Source of the DNA: Longimicrobiales bacterium
GTDB taxonomy: Bacteria; Gemmatimonadota; Gemmatimonadetes; Longimicrobiales; Gaopeijiaceae
Reading direction: 5' to 3'
DNA: 64,000 bases
Assembly: GCA_965218295.1 (NCBI GenBank)
Contig: CBDCKN010000012.1
Location: 64,001-128,000, forward strand
In this document: piece by piece, positions 40,186 through 51,057 of the stretch
Position numbering within the stretch: the first letter of the stretch is position 1
Layout of the letters: the number at the start of each line of letters is the position of its first letter
Made by a program: the position numbers and the translations under genes
The notes under the pieces: model-generated
What the model saw: only the letters and a program-made list of their open reading frames with translations
What the model was told of the DNA's origin: nothing
Databases searched by the model: none

Positions 40186-41887
40186 CTAGAGCTCCAGCGC
40201 TCGCACCTTCCGCACCCCGGCCCTGAGGGGAAGGGCAATGGAGATGGCTGTCAAAACGAGGGCGCCCGAGGCCCCCAGGACGAGCGGCAGGATCCCCGCC
40301 GACCCGCCCTGCGCCTGGAAGCGAACCAGCAGGAGGCGGTAAACGGGCCACGCAAGGAGGACCACGACACCGGTCAGGTAGCTGACGGCCGCCATCATGA
40401 ACATGAGACCCCCGAACGACGTGGGAATCTCGGCCATGTTGTCGGTGTCGTAGTTCGGATAGAGGGCCCCGAACCCGAGGGCCAGAGCCGTTATGGCCAG
40501 GGTGATGCCGATCATGGCCACGGTGGTGATCACCAGGATCAGCGTCGTCGCCTCGAGGATGATGTTCGTGATCACGATGAGGGGGAGAGCCACAAGAAGA
40601 AGGGGGATGGTTCCCACCCAGTACTTCGTCAGGAACAGGGTACGTACATCGAGGGGCGACGACCTCAACAGCCACGTCATCCTACCTTCCAGGGACATAC
40701 CCGGGAATACGAACCGGGCAGCGATGGCGGCAACCACGAATCCCGCGAGCCCCAGGTTCAGGAAGGAAACGGCGTTGATGAGGAAGAAGGAGACCTGCTC
40801 ACCGGTGTAGAGCGGGAGCAGCTTGATGTTGTAGACGTACACCACCACCAGGACGCCCAAAGAGGATGAGCTGCGACCACTGAGTAGCGTCCCGGAAGAA
40901 GACCCGGATCTCCTTGGCCACGAGCTGGCGGGTCGCAGGAGCGGTCCAGGCGAAGCACCTCTCCAGCTTGGTCGTCCGGACCCGATCCTCCTTGCGCTCG
41001 GCACCCTCCTGGGCCCGGGTGAATCCCGACCGAAAGAAGCGATCGTGGAGCCAGGCGCCCCCTACGAAGACGGCCGCGGCAGTGCTCCACAGGAGCCAGA
41101 ACGGGAACGGATCGAACACCCCGTTGAGGTGGGACATGAGCGTGCCCGCTACCCACTCGTTGGGGAGCCAGGGAGACGTCGGCGACCTCAGCACCGCCAT
41201 GAAGTCCACCAGGTCGCGGAACTCCTCAGGACTCACGAGGCGCTCCGGCCGGAGGAACCGGAAGAGGACCACCACGCTCGCCGCAGCGAAAAGCCCGATG
41301 AGAGCCAGGAGCTCTCTGGTGCGCCGGGCCGGGAACACGTTCACGAGGATCAGTGTGAAAGCCGTCCCGAGAACGGCTGGGATCACCAGGTACGGGATCA
41401 GCGGGACGACGGCGAGACCGTAGAAGGACCATCCGGCTCCGTACACCACTCCGTAGGCCGCCAGGAGTGGAATCGCCAGGAGGGCCACCATCCAAGAGGA
41501 GTCCACGATCGTCTCCACGAGCCGTGCCCCGTAGAGCTTCACGGAGTCCACGGGCGAAGCCACGAGGAGCTCCATGTCCCTCGAGAGGAAGTACGTGGAG
41601 AGCGCGGTGATGACGTTGGAGAGGAGTAGGATCATCAGGAAGGTCAGGAGCGCCAGCCCGAGCAGCTTCCCGGCCAGCAGGTCGCCGATGCCCTGGGTTC
41701 CCCGGAAGTACAGCAGCATCCGGAAGATGACCACGAAGATGAACGACCAGAAGAACAGCCCGACGAAGGCGAGCACGCCCCACTTGAAGAGGTGTCCCTC
41801 CTCGCTCTTGGTCCGGTGGAGCTTCGACCGGATCTTCGGCCGGAGCAGCCAGAGGATCCCGGGACCGCGGAAGGTGGTGTCGTTCAC
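40186..41887 (-). CDS. Putative ABC exporter permease, +1 frameshift near 40860
   Basis: Multi-TM; KEIRVFFRDATQWSQLIL continues as LGVLVVVYVYNI if one A of 40859-40861 is removed; SLEGRMTWLLRSSP; GTG start at 41887. Confidence 0.8.
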
Positions 41888-42071
41888 TAGCGTTCCGTTG
41901 CCGAAGTTCGCGAGCCACCAAGAGGGGCGGGGCGCCGTGGGATCAAGGCGGGACGACGCGGCGTAGCGCAAGCGGGCACCGCGCGAAGCGTGGTCGCAAG
42001 GAGTTCCACCGCCGAGCCCACGGATGCACCGTGCCCTCGACTGGCCGAGACACTTTGGAAACGGGACACTA
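41888..42071. repeat. MITE-like palindromic element, copy 2
   Basis: Shares AGTTCGCGAGCCACC and TGGCCGAGACACT with copy 1; 16/20 terminal IR; CTAG at both ends; abuts the TAG stop of the ABC ATPase. Confidence 0.8.
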
Positions 42072-42924
42072 GGTCTCCTGAAGGCTGGCCACCACGTCCG
42101 CCATGTCCTCGTCCCCGGTTACCTTGAGGAAGATCTCTTCGAGGTGGGCCTCGCCGGAGTCGACCTGCGCGCGAAGGTCGTCCATGGTGCCCTTCGCGAT
42201 GATGTCGCCGTCACGGATGATGGCGATGCGGTCGCACACGGCCTCCACGACCTCGAGGGTGTGGCTCGAGAGAAAGACCGTCCCTCCCCGCTTCGCGAAG
42301 GCTCGGAACAGATCCTTCAGAATTCTGGCAGACCTGGGATCGAGGCCCACCATTGGCTCATCCACCACGATGAGCTCGGGTTGATGGATCAGCGCCGAGG
42401 TGATGAGGAGCTTCTGGCGCATCCCGTGGGAGTTAGCTCTCGATGAGCTCGTCCTTCCACTCGAGGAGGCTGAAGACCTCGAGGAGTCCGTTCGCCCGCT
42501 CTTCCGACGCGTCCTCGTCCTTGCCCCAGAGGCCCGCCACGAAGCGCAGGAACTCACCTCCCGAGAGCTTTTCGTAGAGGTAGGGCCGGTCGGGGATGTA
42601 CCCGATGCGGGACTTGGCGTGGACGGGATGGACCTCCAGGTTGTTCCCTCCGATGAGGATCGTGCCCTCAGTCGGCTCGAGCACACCGGCCACCATCCGA
42701 ATCGTGGTCGTCTTTCCGGCACCGTTGGGACCGAGGAATCCGAAGATCTCGCCCCGGGGCACCGTGAGGTCGATGCCGTTGACGGCGGTGAAGCCCCCAT
42801 AACGTTTCACGACTCCCTCGAGCTGGAGCATTTCCGGGGTCGCGTCTTCCCCCGGCCCCACACCGTCCATGAGTTGGGCGAGGCGGGCCTCGAGGCCGGA
42901 GCTCGTTCGGGGGACTTCGGTCAT
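42069..42924 (-). CDS. ABC transporter ATP-binding protein, +1 frameshift near 42434
   Basis: GPNGAGKT; ELIES|YSHGMRQK split by one extra base; VVDEPMVGLDP; SSH. Confidence 0.85.
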
Positions 42925-43000
42925 TGAGAATCCGTTGCTCGGCCAGGTCCTTAGGGAGGCCCACCAGACTTGTGCAGAGGCTCGCTAGGGAACCACTGCA

Positions 43001-44528
43001 CTAGATGACCTCGATGTTGAGACGGCCGATGAGGCGGATGATCTCGACCTGCTGGGCGAGCCCTCCGATCACGAACCTGATATGTGCGGCATCGGCCGGG
43101 TACTGGCCGAAGGTCGGGTCGACCGCCACCCACTCTCCCAGCCACACCTCGGGCCAGGCATGGTAGAAGAACGAGTTGTTGAGGTAGACGAGACCGACGG
43201 CCGTCCGGGCGGGAAGGCCGAGGGCCCTGGCCATGGCCACATACAGGACCGTGTGTTCGTTGCAGTCTCCCTGCTTCGACTCGAGCACCTGTAGGGCGCT
43301 GGGCACGGAGAAGGTCACGCTCTTCTCGAGCATGCGATCTACACTGGTGGTGAGCCGCTGAGCCGCCGCCTTGGGGTCTCGGAGCCAGCGCCCCACCGCC
43401 TGGCGGGCCTCCCGCTGGATTCGCGGGTCGTCGCTCTGGATCAGCGGCTCCGCCTCAAGCTCCTCGCGCATATCCATGAGCTTGTAGGGGAGCGAGAAGT
43501 CGGGCTCGACGGCCGCCCAGTTCTCACGGCGCACGATGAGCGTGTCGCCCCGAAGCGTCTGGCGTCCCCCGTCGAGCTGGAAACCCGCCAGCTCCACTCC
43601 CGTGAGGCGGAAGCGGAGCACGTCGTACTCCTCCACCGACCCTAGGTCGGTGTTGCTCCGGATGGCCGTCGACAGGATCACGTCCTCGTCGATGGCCAAC
43701 GTGGCCACCCCTCGGGAGTCCTCCTGCGCCTGCCTCGCCAGCTCGTATTCGGTCTTCTCCATGGTGAAGCCGAGGGCGCTCGAGGCGCTGATGACCCGGC
43801 CGTCGTGATCCACCCAGCTCTCCACCTGCACGCCACCATGGACCTCGGCGATCTTCCACGCCGGAACGGAGTCGTAGCGGGCCGGCTCCCAGCGATTCGT
43901 GCTGGGATTCAGGTATGCGCTGTCGGGAACCACGAGCGTATCGTGCTCCAGCACGCGGACCTCCACCGCCCTCGTGGCCAGCGTGGACGGATCGAAGACC
44001 GGAAGTCGCAGGGTGTTTCCAAACCTCCAGCTCGCCAGCCATGGCGATCCGAATGGGGAGAGCGGCCGAAAAGATGGGTGGCTCGGCCAGCCGGTAGGAG
44101 ATCTCCTGCTTCGAGCCACCGGCATCTATGGTGACGTGGAGCGTGGAGTCGGCGCCAAGAGTCCCGTCGGCCCGGAACGTCCCGACCTCGGAGTCCAGGG
44201 AGAAGGAAAAGGACTCCATGATGAGAGCGGGGCTGAGGCGGACCAGCGTTCGGACCACGGCGGAGCCCGTCTGGCCCAGGGCCGGGAGGTCGAGGACCAT
44301 GACGTCCTCCAGCTCGAACCCCTCAGGGATCGTGTCCAGGCGCGATGTGGCCTGGCCCACGTTGCGCTCGCCCATGCGGAGCGTGTAGAAGCTCACCCCC
44401 GGAGCCAGCGCCAGCGCAGCCTCTGATAGTCGTGTGAGCTCGGGCTGGAAGTACTCCCGCCGGACCTGCCATCCCACCATAGCGATCCAGATCGCCACGA
44501 TCGTCACGGCCAACACCTTCCGGCTCAC
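43001..44528 (-). CDS. Transglutaminase-like domain protein, +1 frameshift near 44022
   Basis: N-terminal TM; GELEV|GNTLRL split by one extra base; GDCNEH, YHAWPEV, VDPT triad. Confidence 0.85.
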
Positions 44529-44531
44529 GTG

Positions 44532-45104
44532 CTACGCTCCATCGCCGCTCAACGCTCCATTGCCGTTCGACACTCCATCGCCGCTCGACTTCTCACGATC
44601 ATCGTCGAACTCCTTGAGACGGGTAGTGAACACCTGCAGCTCGTAGTCCGTCGTCACCATGACGATGACCTGCTTCGGGTATTCCTCGCGCTCCAGGTGC
44701 TCCCGCAGCACCTGTGCCATGACGTCCGCCGCCGCCTCGGCGTCCAGATTCCCCGCTCCCGTGCCGAGAGGAGGGAGTGCCAGGGTCTCGACTCCGAGTC
44801 GACAAGCATGCCGCAGGCCGTTCAGGAACGCCCTTCGAACACCAGATGCCGTCACGGGCTCGTCGTCGGACTGAACCACCACGTGCACCATAAACGCCGC
44901 CTGCAACGCCCCGCCCGGGGTGATCACCGCTCCACCCACGGGGAGCTCACCCATGCGCTCGATGCGCTCCTCGAGGTCGGGGCCGGCCGCGGCGCCCACT
45001 GCCCGTCCCAGACTCGTCACCGGCTCCATTCTCGAGCTGACGGCCCGAAGCACGCACTCGACCTCGGCAGTCACCAGGTCGTCGCGACGAACTTGGATCA
45101 TCAC
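44532..45104 (-). CDS. Macro-domain protein (divergent)
   Basis: DDLVT, GGAVITPGGAL, VHVV, LALPPLGTGAG. Confidence 0.8.
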   Translation of the reverse strand: MMIQVRRDDLVTAEVECVLRAVSSRMEPVTSLGRAVGAAAGPDLEERIERMGELPVGGAVITPGGALQAAFMVHVVVQSDDEPVTASGVRRAFLNGLRHACRLGVETLALPPLGTGAGNLDAEAAADVMAQVLREHLEREEYPKQVIVMVTTDYELQVFTTRLKEFDDDREKSSGDGVSNGNGALSGDGA

Positions 45105-45967
45105 ACGTTCAGCTCCCGGGCCCGCCGATACATCTCGGCCGCTCTCTCCCGTTCGTGCTTCTTGTCGTAGAGCATCCCCAGTGTGTGGTACGCGCGCCAG
45201 TTGTGTGGCTGGAGCTCGATCACCCGCTCCATCACCTGGAGGGCCTCATCCACGCGACCAAGCCTGTTGAGGGCCTCGCCCCGGTAGAAGTGAGCTGGGC
45301 CATGGTCGGGGTCGTGCTTGCACACCCCGCGGAAGTCCGCCTCGGCGTCGGCGTAAAGCCCCTTCCGAAACGCCAGGAGCCCTTCTTTGGCACGGACCTC
45401 CACGCTCTCCGGCTCGAGGCGGAGGGCTTGCTTCAACTCGGCGTCGGCATCCTCGAATCGGCCCACCGCTCCGTAGGCGGCCCCTAGGCTGGCCCGCACT
45501 TGGGCGTTCTCGGGATCCACCTCACTGGCTGCGAGGAACCGCTCGATGGCCAGCTCATGGCGGCCGAGGTCGTCGTACAGGGTTCCGAGACCGAACTGTG
45601 CCTGGGGGTGTGTGGGGCTCTCGTCGAGGATCTCCATGAAAAGCAGCGCGGCCTCCTGCAGGCGGCCTTCGCCGGCCATGCTGATGGCGGTGGTCAGCCG
45701 GTCCTCCTCGGAAGCGGCCGCATCCGGGACGTCGTCAGCGCTGGGGCCGGGAGCAGTCTCGGCGGTGGCGTCGGTCTTCCTTTCCGCCGCCTCGTCAGCG
45801 AGGTCGCTCAAAAAAACGACGGGGATGACCTCGACTTCCCCTCGGTCGATGTCGGCTCCTCCGTGGTCCACCTCCCTCAGCAGGTCTCCCTGGATCGGCG
45901 GGCCTTTCGGCTCCGCCTTGGCCTTCGCCCTTCGCCTTCGGGTCGACCTACGGTTCCTACTGGTCAT
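45101..45967 (-). CDS. Tetratricopeptide-repeat protein
   Basis: Several TPR motifs (AQFGLGTLY, AHFYRGEAL, AYHTLGMLY). Confidence 0.85.
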   Translation of the reverse strand: MTSRNRRSTRRRRAKAKAEPKGPPIQGDLLREVDHGGADIDRGEVEVIPVVFLSDLADEAAERKTDATAETAPGPSADDVPDAAASEEDRLTTAISMAGEGRLQEAALLFMEILDESPTHPQAQFGLGTLYDDLGRHELAIERFLAASEVDPENAQVRASLGAAYGAVGRFEDADAELKQALRLEPESVEVRAKEGLLAFRKGLYADAEADFRGVCKHDPDHGPAHFYRGEALNRLGRVDEALQVMERVIELQPHNWRAYHTLGMLYDKKHERERAAEMYRRARELNV

Positions 45968-46295
45968 GGGAAGACTCCGCCCGCGTGCATTCGCGCACCC
46001 ACTCGAGGTAGGGCTCGTGCCCTCCCTCGACCGCCAACGTCAGGATCTCGGGAACGTCATACGTATGCAGCTCCGCAACCCTCTCGACGAGTCGCGAAGC
46101 TCGGTCTGCACTCGTCTTCAAGATAAGCAGAACCTCCGCTTCCTCCTGCATGCTTCCGTCCCACTCGAAAACGGAGGTGACGTCTGGAACAAGGTTTCCA
46201 CAGGCGGCGAGCCCCTCCTCCACGACCTGGCGGGCCAGGGCGAGGCCCGTCTCCTTGTCTCCGGCGGTGACGAAGACGACTCGCACGTCTGACAT
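45957..46295 (-). CDS. cutA: Divalent-cation tolerance protein CutA
   Basis: LAACGN, SVFEWDG, EVLLILKT, HTYDVPEI, YLEW. Confidence 0.92.
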   Translation of the reverse strand: MSDVRVVFVTAGDKETGLALARQVVEEGLAACGNLVPDVTSVFEWDGSMQEEAEVLLILKTSADRASRLVERVAELHTYDVPEILTLAVEGGHEPYLEWVRECTRAESSHDQ

Positions 46296-46300
46296 CTCGG

Positions 46301-48157
46301 TCACGGCTCCGAGAAGACGGTCTGGTCCAGGTTGTCTTCTAGATAGAACGCCTCGATGAGCCCGCGGTATCGTGCCTCCACCGCCCTCCGCTTGATCTTC
46401 TGGGTGGGTGTGAGGGTGCCGTCCTCGATGGTGAACTGCGACTCGATCAACCCGATCTTCTTGGGCGTCTCGAAGCTCGCCAGCCCCTTCAGCGCTCCGA
46501 AAACCTGCTCCTCCATGAGCTCCTGGACTTCCGTGCGAGCCAGAAGCGTCTTCGCGTCCGAGGCCTGGATACCGGTCTTCCGTGCCCAGGCCTCCAGGTT
46601 CGGAAAGCTGGGAACGACCAGGATCACGCAGAAGCCCCGGCGATCGCCGATCATCACTGCCTGCTCCACGAACTCGTTGGTCTTCAGACGATTCTCGATG
46701 GGTTGGGGCGCCACGTTCTTCCCCCCCGCCGTGACGATGATGTCCTTGATGCGGTCCGTGATCCGGAGGAAGCCGTCCTCGTCGATCTCGCCCACGTCCC
46801 CCGTGTGGAACCACCCTTCGGGATCGATAGCCTCGGTGGTGGCCTCCGGCAAATTGTAGTAGCCCTTCATCACCTGCGGGCCCCGGATCAGGATCTCGCC
46901 TTCCTCTCCGATCCGGATCTCGGTCCCGGGGATGGCCTTGCCGACGGTCCCGATCCTGAAGCCTTCGAACGAGTTCACGTTGGTGACTGGGCTGGTCTCC
47001 GTGAGGCCGTAGCCCTCCATGATCCAGATTCCGGCTGAGAAGAAGAAGCGATTGATGTCCGTAGCGAGGGGCGCCCCACCGCTGATGAAGTAACGGATCC
47101 GCCCTCCCATGGCCGCCCGGATCTTCTTGAAGACGAGGGCATCCGCGAGACGGTATGCGACCTTGAGGGTGCCGCCGGGCTCACGGCCAGCCAGCTTCTC
47201 TTCGGCCCAGGCCTCACCCACTTCCCTGGCCCAGTGGACGAGCTTCTTCTTGAGGCCCTCTGCCTCCATCACGGCGTTGTAGACCTTCTCGTACAACCGT
47301 GGAACGGAGACCACGATGGAGGGCCGAACCACCTTCATGTCGTCGGCCACCGTGTGGATGGAGTGGGCGTAGGCCGCCGTGTCGCCCCGTGAGAAGTACA
47401 GATAGCTGACCATGCGCTGGAAGACGTGTGACAAGGGGAGGAAGACGAGCGCCGTGTCACCTTCCTTTCGGCGAAGCATTCGCCCCGCCGCCGTCACGTT
47501 ACTCCACAGGTTGTTGTGGGTGAGCATCACCCCCTTGGGGTTCCCCGTCGTGCCTGACGTATAGAGGAGAGTGGCCAGACCGTCGGGCTCAGCTTCCAGC
47601 GCCATGGCACGGAAGCTCTCGTCGTCCATCTCGGCGTCGACCTTGCGCCCCTTCTCCAGGAAGTCTTCCCACGCCAGAGCGCCCTCGGGGAGGGTGTCAG
47701 ACGCGTCGAAGACCACGATCTCGATGTCCCGTCCCATCTCCCGGCTCGCGGCCCCGACCTTCTCCGCCTGGTCGGGAGTCGACGCGAAGACCAGCGACGC
47801 ATCCGAGTTCTCCAGGATGTACGCCACCTGGGGGCCGGTCAGCGTGCTGTAGATGGGCACGTCCAGAACACCAGTGCAGATACAGGCGTAGTCGCAGACG
47901 GACCACTCCATACGGGTCTCAGAGAGGATCGCCGCCCGGTCTCCCCACTTCATGCCCAGGGCCTGGAGCCCCCCGGAAACGACCCGAACGAGCTCGTATA
48001 CCGCACCGTAGCTCATATTCTCCAGGTGGTCGCCGTTGCCCGGGAAGTACCGGAAGGCCAACTCCTCGCGGCGATCCTCCACGGCCGTGAGGAAGAGCTG
48101 ACTCAGCGTCCCGGGCGGGAGGTCCGCGGGATTGGACACGTAGTCGAGAGAGCCCAT
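46301..48157 (-). CDS. fadD: Long-chain fatty acid-CoA ligase
   Basis: YTSGTTGNPKG, EGYGLTET, FHTGD, RIKDII, LTPTQKIKR. Confidence 0.9.
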   Translation of the reverse strand: MGSLDYVSNPADLPPGTLSQLFLTAVEDRREELAFRYFPGNGDHLENMSYGAVYELVRVVSGGLQALGMKWGDRAAILSETRMEWSVCDYACICTGVLDVPIYSTLTGPQVAYILENSDASLVFASTPDQAEKVGAASREMGRDIEIVVFDASDTLPEGALAWEDFLEKGRKVDAEMDDESFRAMALEAEPDGLATLLYTSGTTGNPKGVMLTHNNLWSNVTAAGRMLRRKEGDTALVFLPLSHVFQRMVSYLYFSRGDTAAYAHSIHTVADDMKVVRPSIVVSVPRLYEKVYNAVMEAEGLKKKLVHWAREVGEAWAEEKLAGREPGGTLKVAYRLADALVFKKIRAAMGGRIRYFISGGAPLATDINRFFFSAGIWIMEGYGLTETSPVTNVNSFEGFRIGTVGKAIPGTEIRIGEEGEILIRGPQVMKGYYNLPEATTEAIDPEGWFHTGDVGEIDEDGFLRITDRIKDIIVTAGGKNVAPQPIENRLKTNEFVEQAVMIGDRRGFCVILVVPSFPNLEAWARKTGIQASDAKTLLARTEVQELMEEQVFGALKGLASFETPKKIGLIESQFTIEDGTLTPTQKIKRRAVEARYRGLIEAFYLEDNLDQTVFSEP

Positions 48158-48166
48158 CCGGTTCTC

Positions 48167-48580
48167 TCAGACGCCCTCGACCAGCGTCTCGAAGTCGAGG
48201 TCCTGGCGAAGCGAGTGGAGCACGCTGCAGTACTTGTCGCGGGAGAGCTGGATCGCACGATCCACCTTGGGCCGCGCCTCGGCAGCCACGCCTCCCAAGA
48301 CGAAGGTCAGGCGTATTCGTTTGAAGTAGCGGGGAGGGTCAGAGTTCCGGTCGGCATCGGCGTGAATCTCGAGGGAGCTCACGTCGACGCGGGACTTCTC
48401 GAGAATCATCAGCACGTCGATGCCCATGCAGCCCATGAGCACCAGAAGCAGAGAATCCATCGATGAGGCGCCGGCCTCGCCGGCCCCGTCGATGGTCACC
48501 TCGGGTCCTGACCCCGAGCGGCCCTTGAACACGTCGCGCTGCCCGGTCCAAAGCAGGATCGTCTGTTTAGAAGAGCTCAT
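48167..48580 (-). CDS. OsmC-family protein
   Basis: GCMGIDV...LSRDKYCSV. Confidence 0.88.
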   Translation of the reverse strand: MSSSKQTILLWTGQRDVFKGRSGSGPEVTIDGAGEAGASSMDSLLLVLMGCMGIDVLMILEKSRVDVSSLEIHADADRNSDPPRYFKRIRLTFVLGGVAAEARPKVDRAIQLSRDKYCSVLHSLRQDLDFETLVEGV

Positions 48581-49031
48581 CCTGAGTGGGTTGAGGACCC
48601 TCGGTAGCAGGGTTCGATCCACCCTCTCCGGTGAGCCTGGCGAGGGTTTCCCGGGCATGGGACACGTGCTCACCAGCTTCCTCGGTAGGTGCGTTCTCGA
48701 GAAAGGCACGGAGGTGCGGGATGGCGTCCGGCTCCTGGCCGGCCCTCACGAGGAGGAACGCAAGACCGTAGTGGGCACCGGCGGCATCGGGGTTCTTCTG
48801 GAGCACGTGCCGATACGTCTTCGCGGCCTCCTCGGTCATCCCGATGCGGGTGTACGAGATGGCGATCTGCTGCAGCACCACGGAGTCCCCGGGTGACTCC
48901 TTGAGGGCCAGGCGAAACGAGGTGAGGGCTTCGTGGAACTTGCCCTCCGCCATCAAGGCGATGCCCTCGTCATAGTAGGCGACGCGCCCGGTGTCCCCGG
49001 ATCCGCCGAAAACCTTGTTCCACCACGCCAT
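48567..49031 (-). CDS. TPR protein
   Basis: TPR helices (YYDEG, AAGAHYGLAFLL). Confidence 0.8.
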   Translation of the reverse strand: MAWWNKVFGGSGDTGRVAYYDEGIALMAEGKFHEALTSFRLALKESPGDSVVLQQIAISYTRIGMTEEAAKTYRHVLQKNPDAAGAHYGLAFLLVRAGQEPDAIPHLRAFLENAPTEEAGEHVSHARETLARLTGEGGSNPATEGPQPTQDELF

Positions 49032-49149
49032 GGAGAGAAAGCTCAGCCGCGAGAAATGGTACGGCGCGACGGGCGAGCGGTCAGCCGCGAAACGCCGGAG
49101 TGGGTGGGGACGAAAGTAGAGAAGGCCGAAATGCGACGCAACAACAGGG

Positions 49150-49773
49150 TTATTGTCGTGCCGCCACCACCGCCGCCGTCTCCGAAACCAGAACCTTCAT
49201 TCCCGCGGTCTCGAGGGCGGAATCCCAACCGTCGACGCCACCCCAGACGACCACACGACCCAATCGCGCCACGACGCGTGCAAGCTCGTGGGCGTCGAGC
49301 GGCCCCTCGTCTCCGAAGAGGGCCGCGCCACGGAGGCTCTGAGCCCGAAACGGAAGTCGGGAGCCCGCAATCAGCCGGCTGACACCCTCGGCTTCGTCCC
49401 AGCTCCGTAGCCCCGAAGCGATCCCCACGACCTCCACGACCTCCAACTTCTCGGCAAGGGCATCGGCGTGGCCCGCCATGCGTCCCAAGAGGGCCACATG
49501 ACCGACCCCCTCCGTGATGCCCAGCAGACCAGCCACCTCCATGAGCGTTGGAGAGTCGGGCGCCGCGAGCGTCTCCTCGTCGTGGAGGCCGATCCGGGGT
49601 GGAGGCCGCAGGTCCCCGAATCCCTCCCGGATAGGGTAGCGATCCCGGCAGTTCGGACAGCCCAGTGCTCCCTCCAGGACGCGCCGGTCCTCCAGCCAGT
49701 CAGCAAGGAGGATCAGCCCGAACTCGGGCCCACAGCGGGGGCAGGTGAGGCGGTCGGTGAGGAGCAGATGCAT
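49150..49773 (-). CDS. Trm112-like zinc-ribbon protein with a degenerate methyltransferase-like C-terminus
   Basis: LTCPRC...LGCPNCRDRYPIREG. Confidence 0.7.
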   Translation of the reverse strand: MHLLLTDRLTCPRCGPEFGLILLADWLEDRRVLEGALGCPNCRDRYPIREGFGDLRPPPRIGLHDEETLAAPDSPTLMEVAGLLGITEGVGHVALLGRMAGHADALAEKLEVVEVVGIASGLRSWDEAEGVSRLIAGSRLPFRAQSLRGAALFGDEGPLDAHELARVVARLGRVVVWGGVDGWDSALETAGMKVLVSETAAVVAARQ

Positions 49774-49821
49774 GGGCCCTGGGCCGGGTCTTCGCTCACT
49801 GGGAGAGCGGGCTGCAGTCGG

Positions 49822-50412
49822 TCACTGGGAGAGCGGGCTGTGTTCGGTCATGCAGAGGCGAAGGAACTCGTCCCGGGTCATCTGATCCTCGAGGAACGAA
49901 CCACGGACGGCCGAGGTGATCGTCTTCGAATTCTGCTTCTGGACCCCCCGCATCATCATGCACAAGTGATAGGCCTCTACGACCACCCCGGCGCCTTCGG
50001 GTTCTACCAGCTCCCAGAGCGCCTCAGCGATCTGCTCTGTCAAGCGCTCCTGCACCTGAAGGCGACGGGCGAAGACCTCGACCAAGCGAGCCATCTTGGA
50101 CAACCCGATGATCTTTCCGTTCGGGATATACGCGACGTGCACCTTCCCGAAAAAGGGCAGGAGATGATGCTCGCAGAGCGAGTACATCTCGATATCCTTC
50201 ACCATCACCATGTTCCGGTGACAGTCCTCGAAGATGGCGCCGTTGATCACGTCCTCCGGTGCCATCCGGTACCCGCGGGTCAGGAAGGCCATGGACTTCG
50301 AGACCCTCTCGGGGGTTTGCTTCAGCCCCTGACGGTCGGGGTCATCGCCGAGCCGACGGATCATCTCGGTTACCAGGTCCTCGAACGAGGCTCCCGAAAG
50401 CTCACTACCCAC
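49822..50412 (-). CDS. folE: GTP cyclohydrolase I
   Basis: [33 protein letters not shown]. Confidence 0.95.
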   Translation of the reverse strand: MGSELSGASFEDLVTEMIRRLGDDPDRQGLKQTPERVSKSMAFLTRGYRMAPEDVINGAIFEDCHRNMVMVKDIEMYSLCEHHLLPFFGKVHVAYIPNGKIIGLSKMARLVEVFARRLQVQERLTEQIAEALWELVEPEGAGVVVEAYHLCMMMRGVQKQNSKTITSAVRGSFLEDQMTRDEFLRLCMTEHSPLSQ

Positions 50413-50821
50413 CGGTGTACTCCACGTAGCTTCGGGGGGTCTCCCAAAGCGTCAGCTTGCTGAGCTTCACTTCGTTGGGCAGGCCGTCAGCGAGGCGGCT
50501 CCAGATCGCGATGACCATGTTCTCGGCGGAGGGGATGAGCCCCGCCATCCAGGGTACATCGAGGTTCACGTTCTGGTGATCGAGGTCCTGGATCACGCGT
50601 GACTCCACGAGCGACTTCAGATCCCTGAAGTCCATGACGAACCCGGTCTCCGGATCCAATTCCCCCTCGACCGTCACGTGGAGCTCATAGTTGTGGCCGT
50701 GCCAGTTGGGGTTCGCGCACCCCCCGAACACCTCGTGGTTGCGCTCGTCGGTCCACTCTGGATTGAACACCCGATGCGCGGCGCTGAACTCGAGCTCCGT
50801 CGTGACTGTCACCCGGGGCAT
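50405..50821 (-). CDS. queD: 6-carboxytetrahydropterin / 6-pyruvoyltetrahydropterin synthase
   Basis: [28 protein letters not shown]. Confidence 0.88.
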   Translation of the reverse strand: MPRVTVTTELEFSAAHRVFNPEWTDERNHEVFGGCANPNWHGHNYELHVTVEGELDPETGFVMDFRDLKSLVESRVIQDLDHQNVNLDVPWMAGLIPSAENMVIAIWSRLADGLPNEVKLSKLTLWETPRSYVEYTGG

Positions 50822-51057
50822 GGACTCCTCGTTGGCAATTCAAGTCGTACTCGGTGGACTCGGCAGACTCGGCGGGCAACCTAGCGGATGAGCTACCCTC
50901 GTCCCAGGCTTTGGTTCGAGCAGGAGTCCGGGTGCGACCGTGCGTGCCGATGTTGCGTGCCAGAGCGGTGGAAGGCGAAGCTAAGGAACCGGCCGCAACG
51001 GCGGAGGACCAAGGCAGCGAAGTGCGTGTGACCACACGTCAGCAGAGTGGGGCGACT

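Noticed and set aside
49796..49840. 19-bp direct repeat TCACTGGGAGAGCGGGCTG duplicating the folE 3' end
   Set aside because: Only 7 bp separate the copies; a local slippage duplication, not an integration scar.
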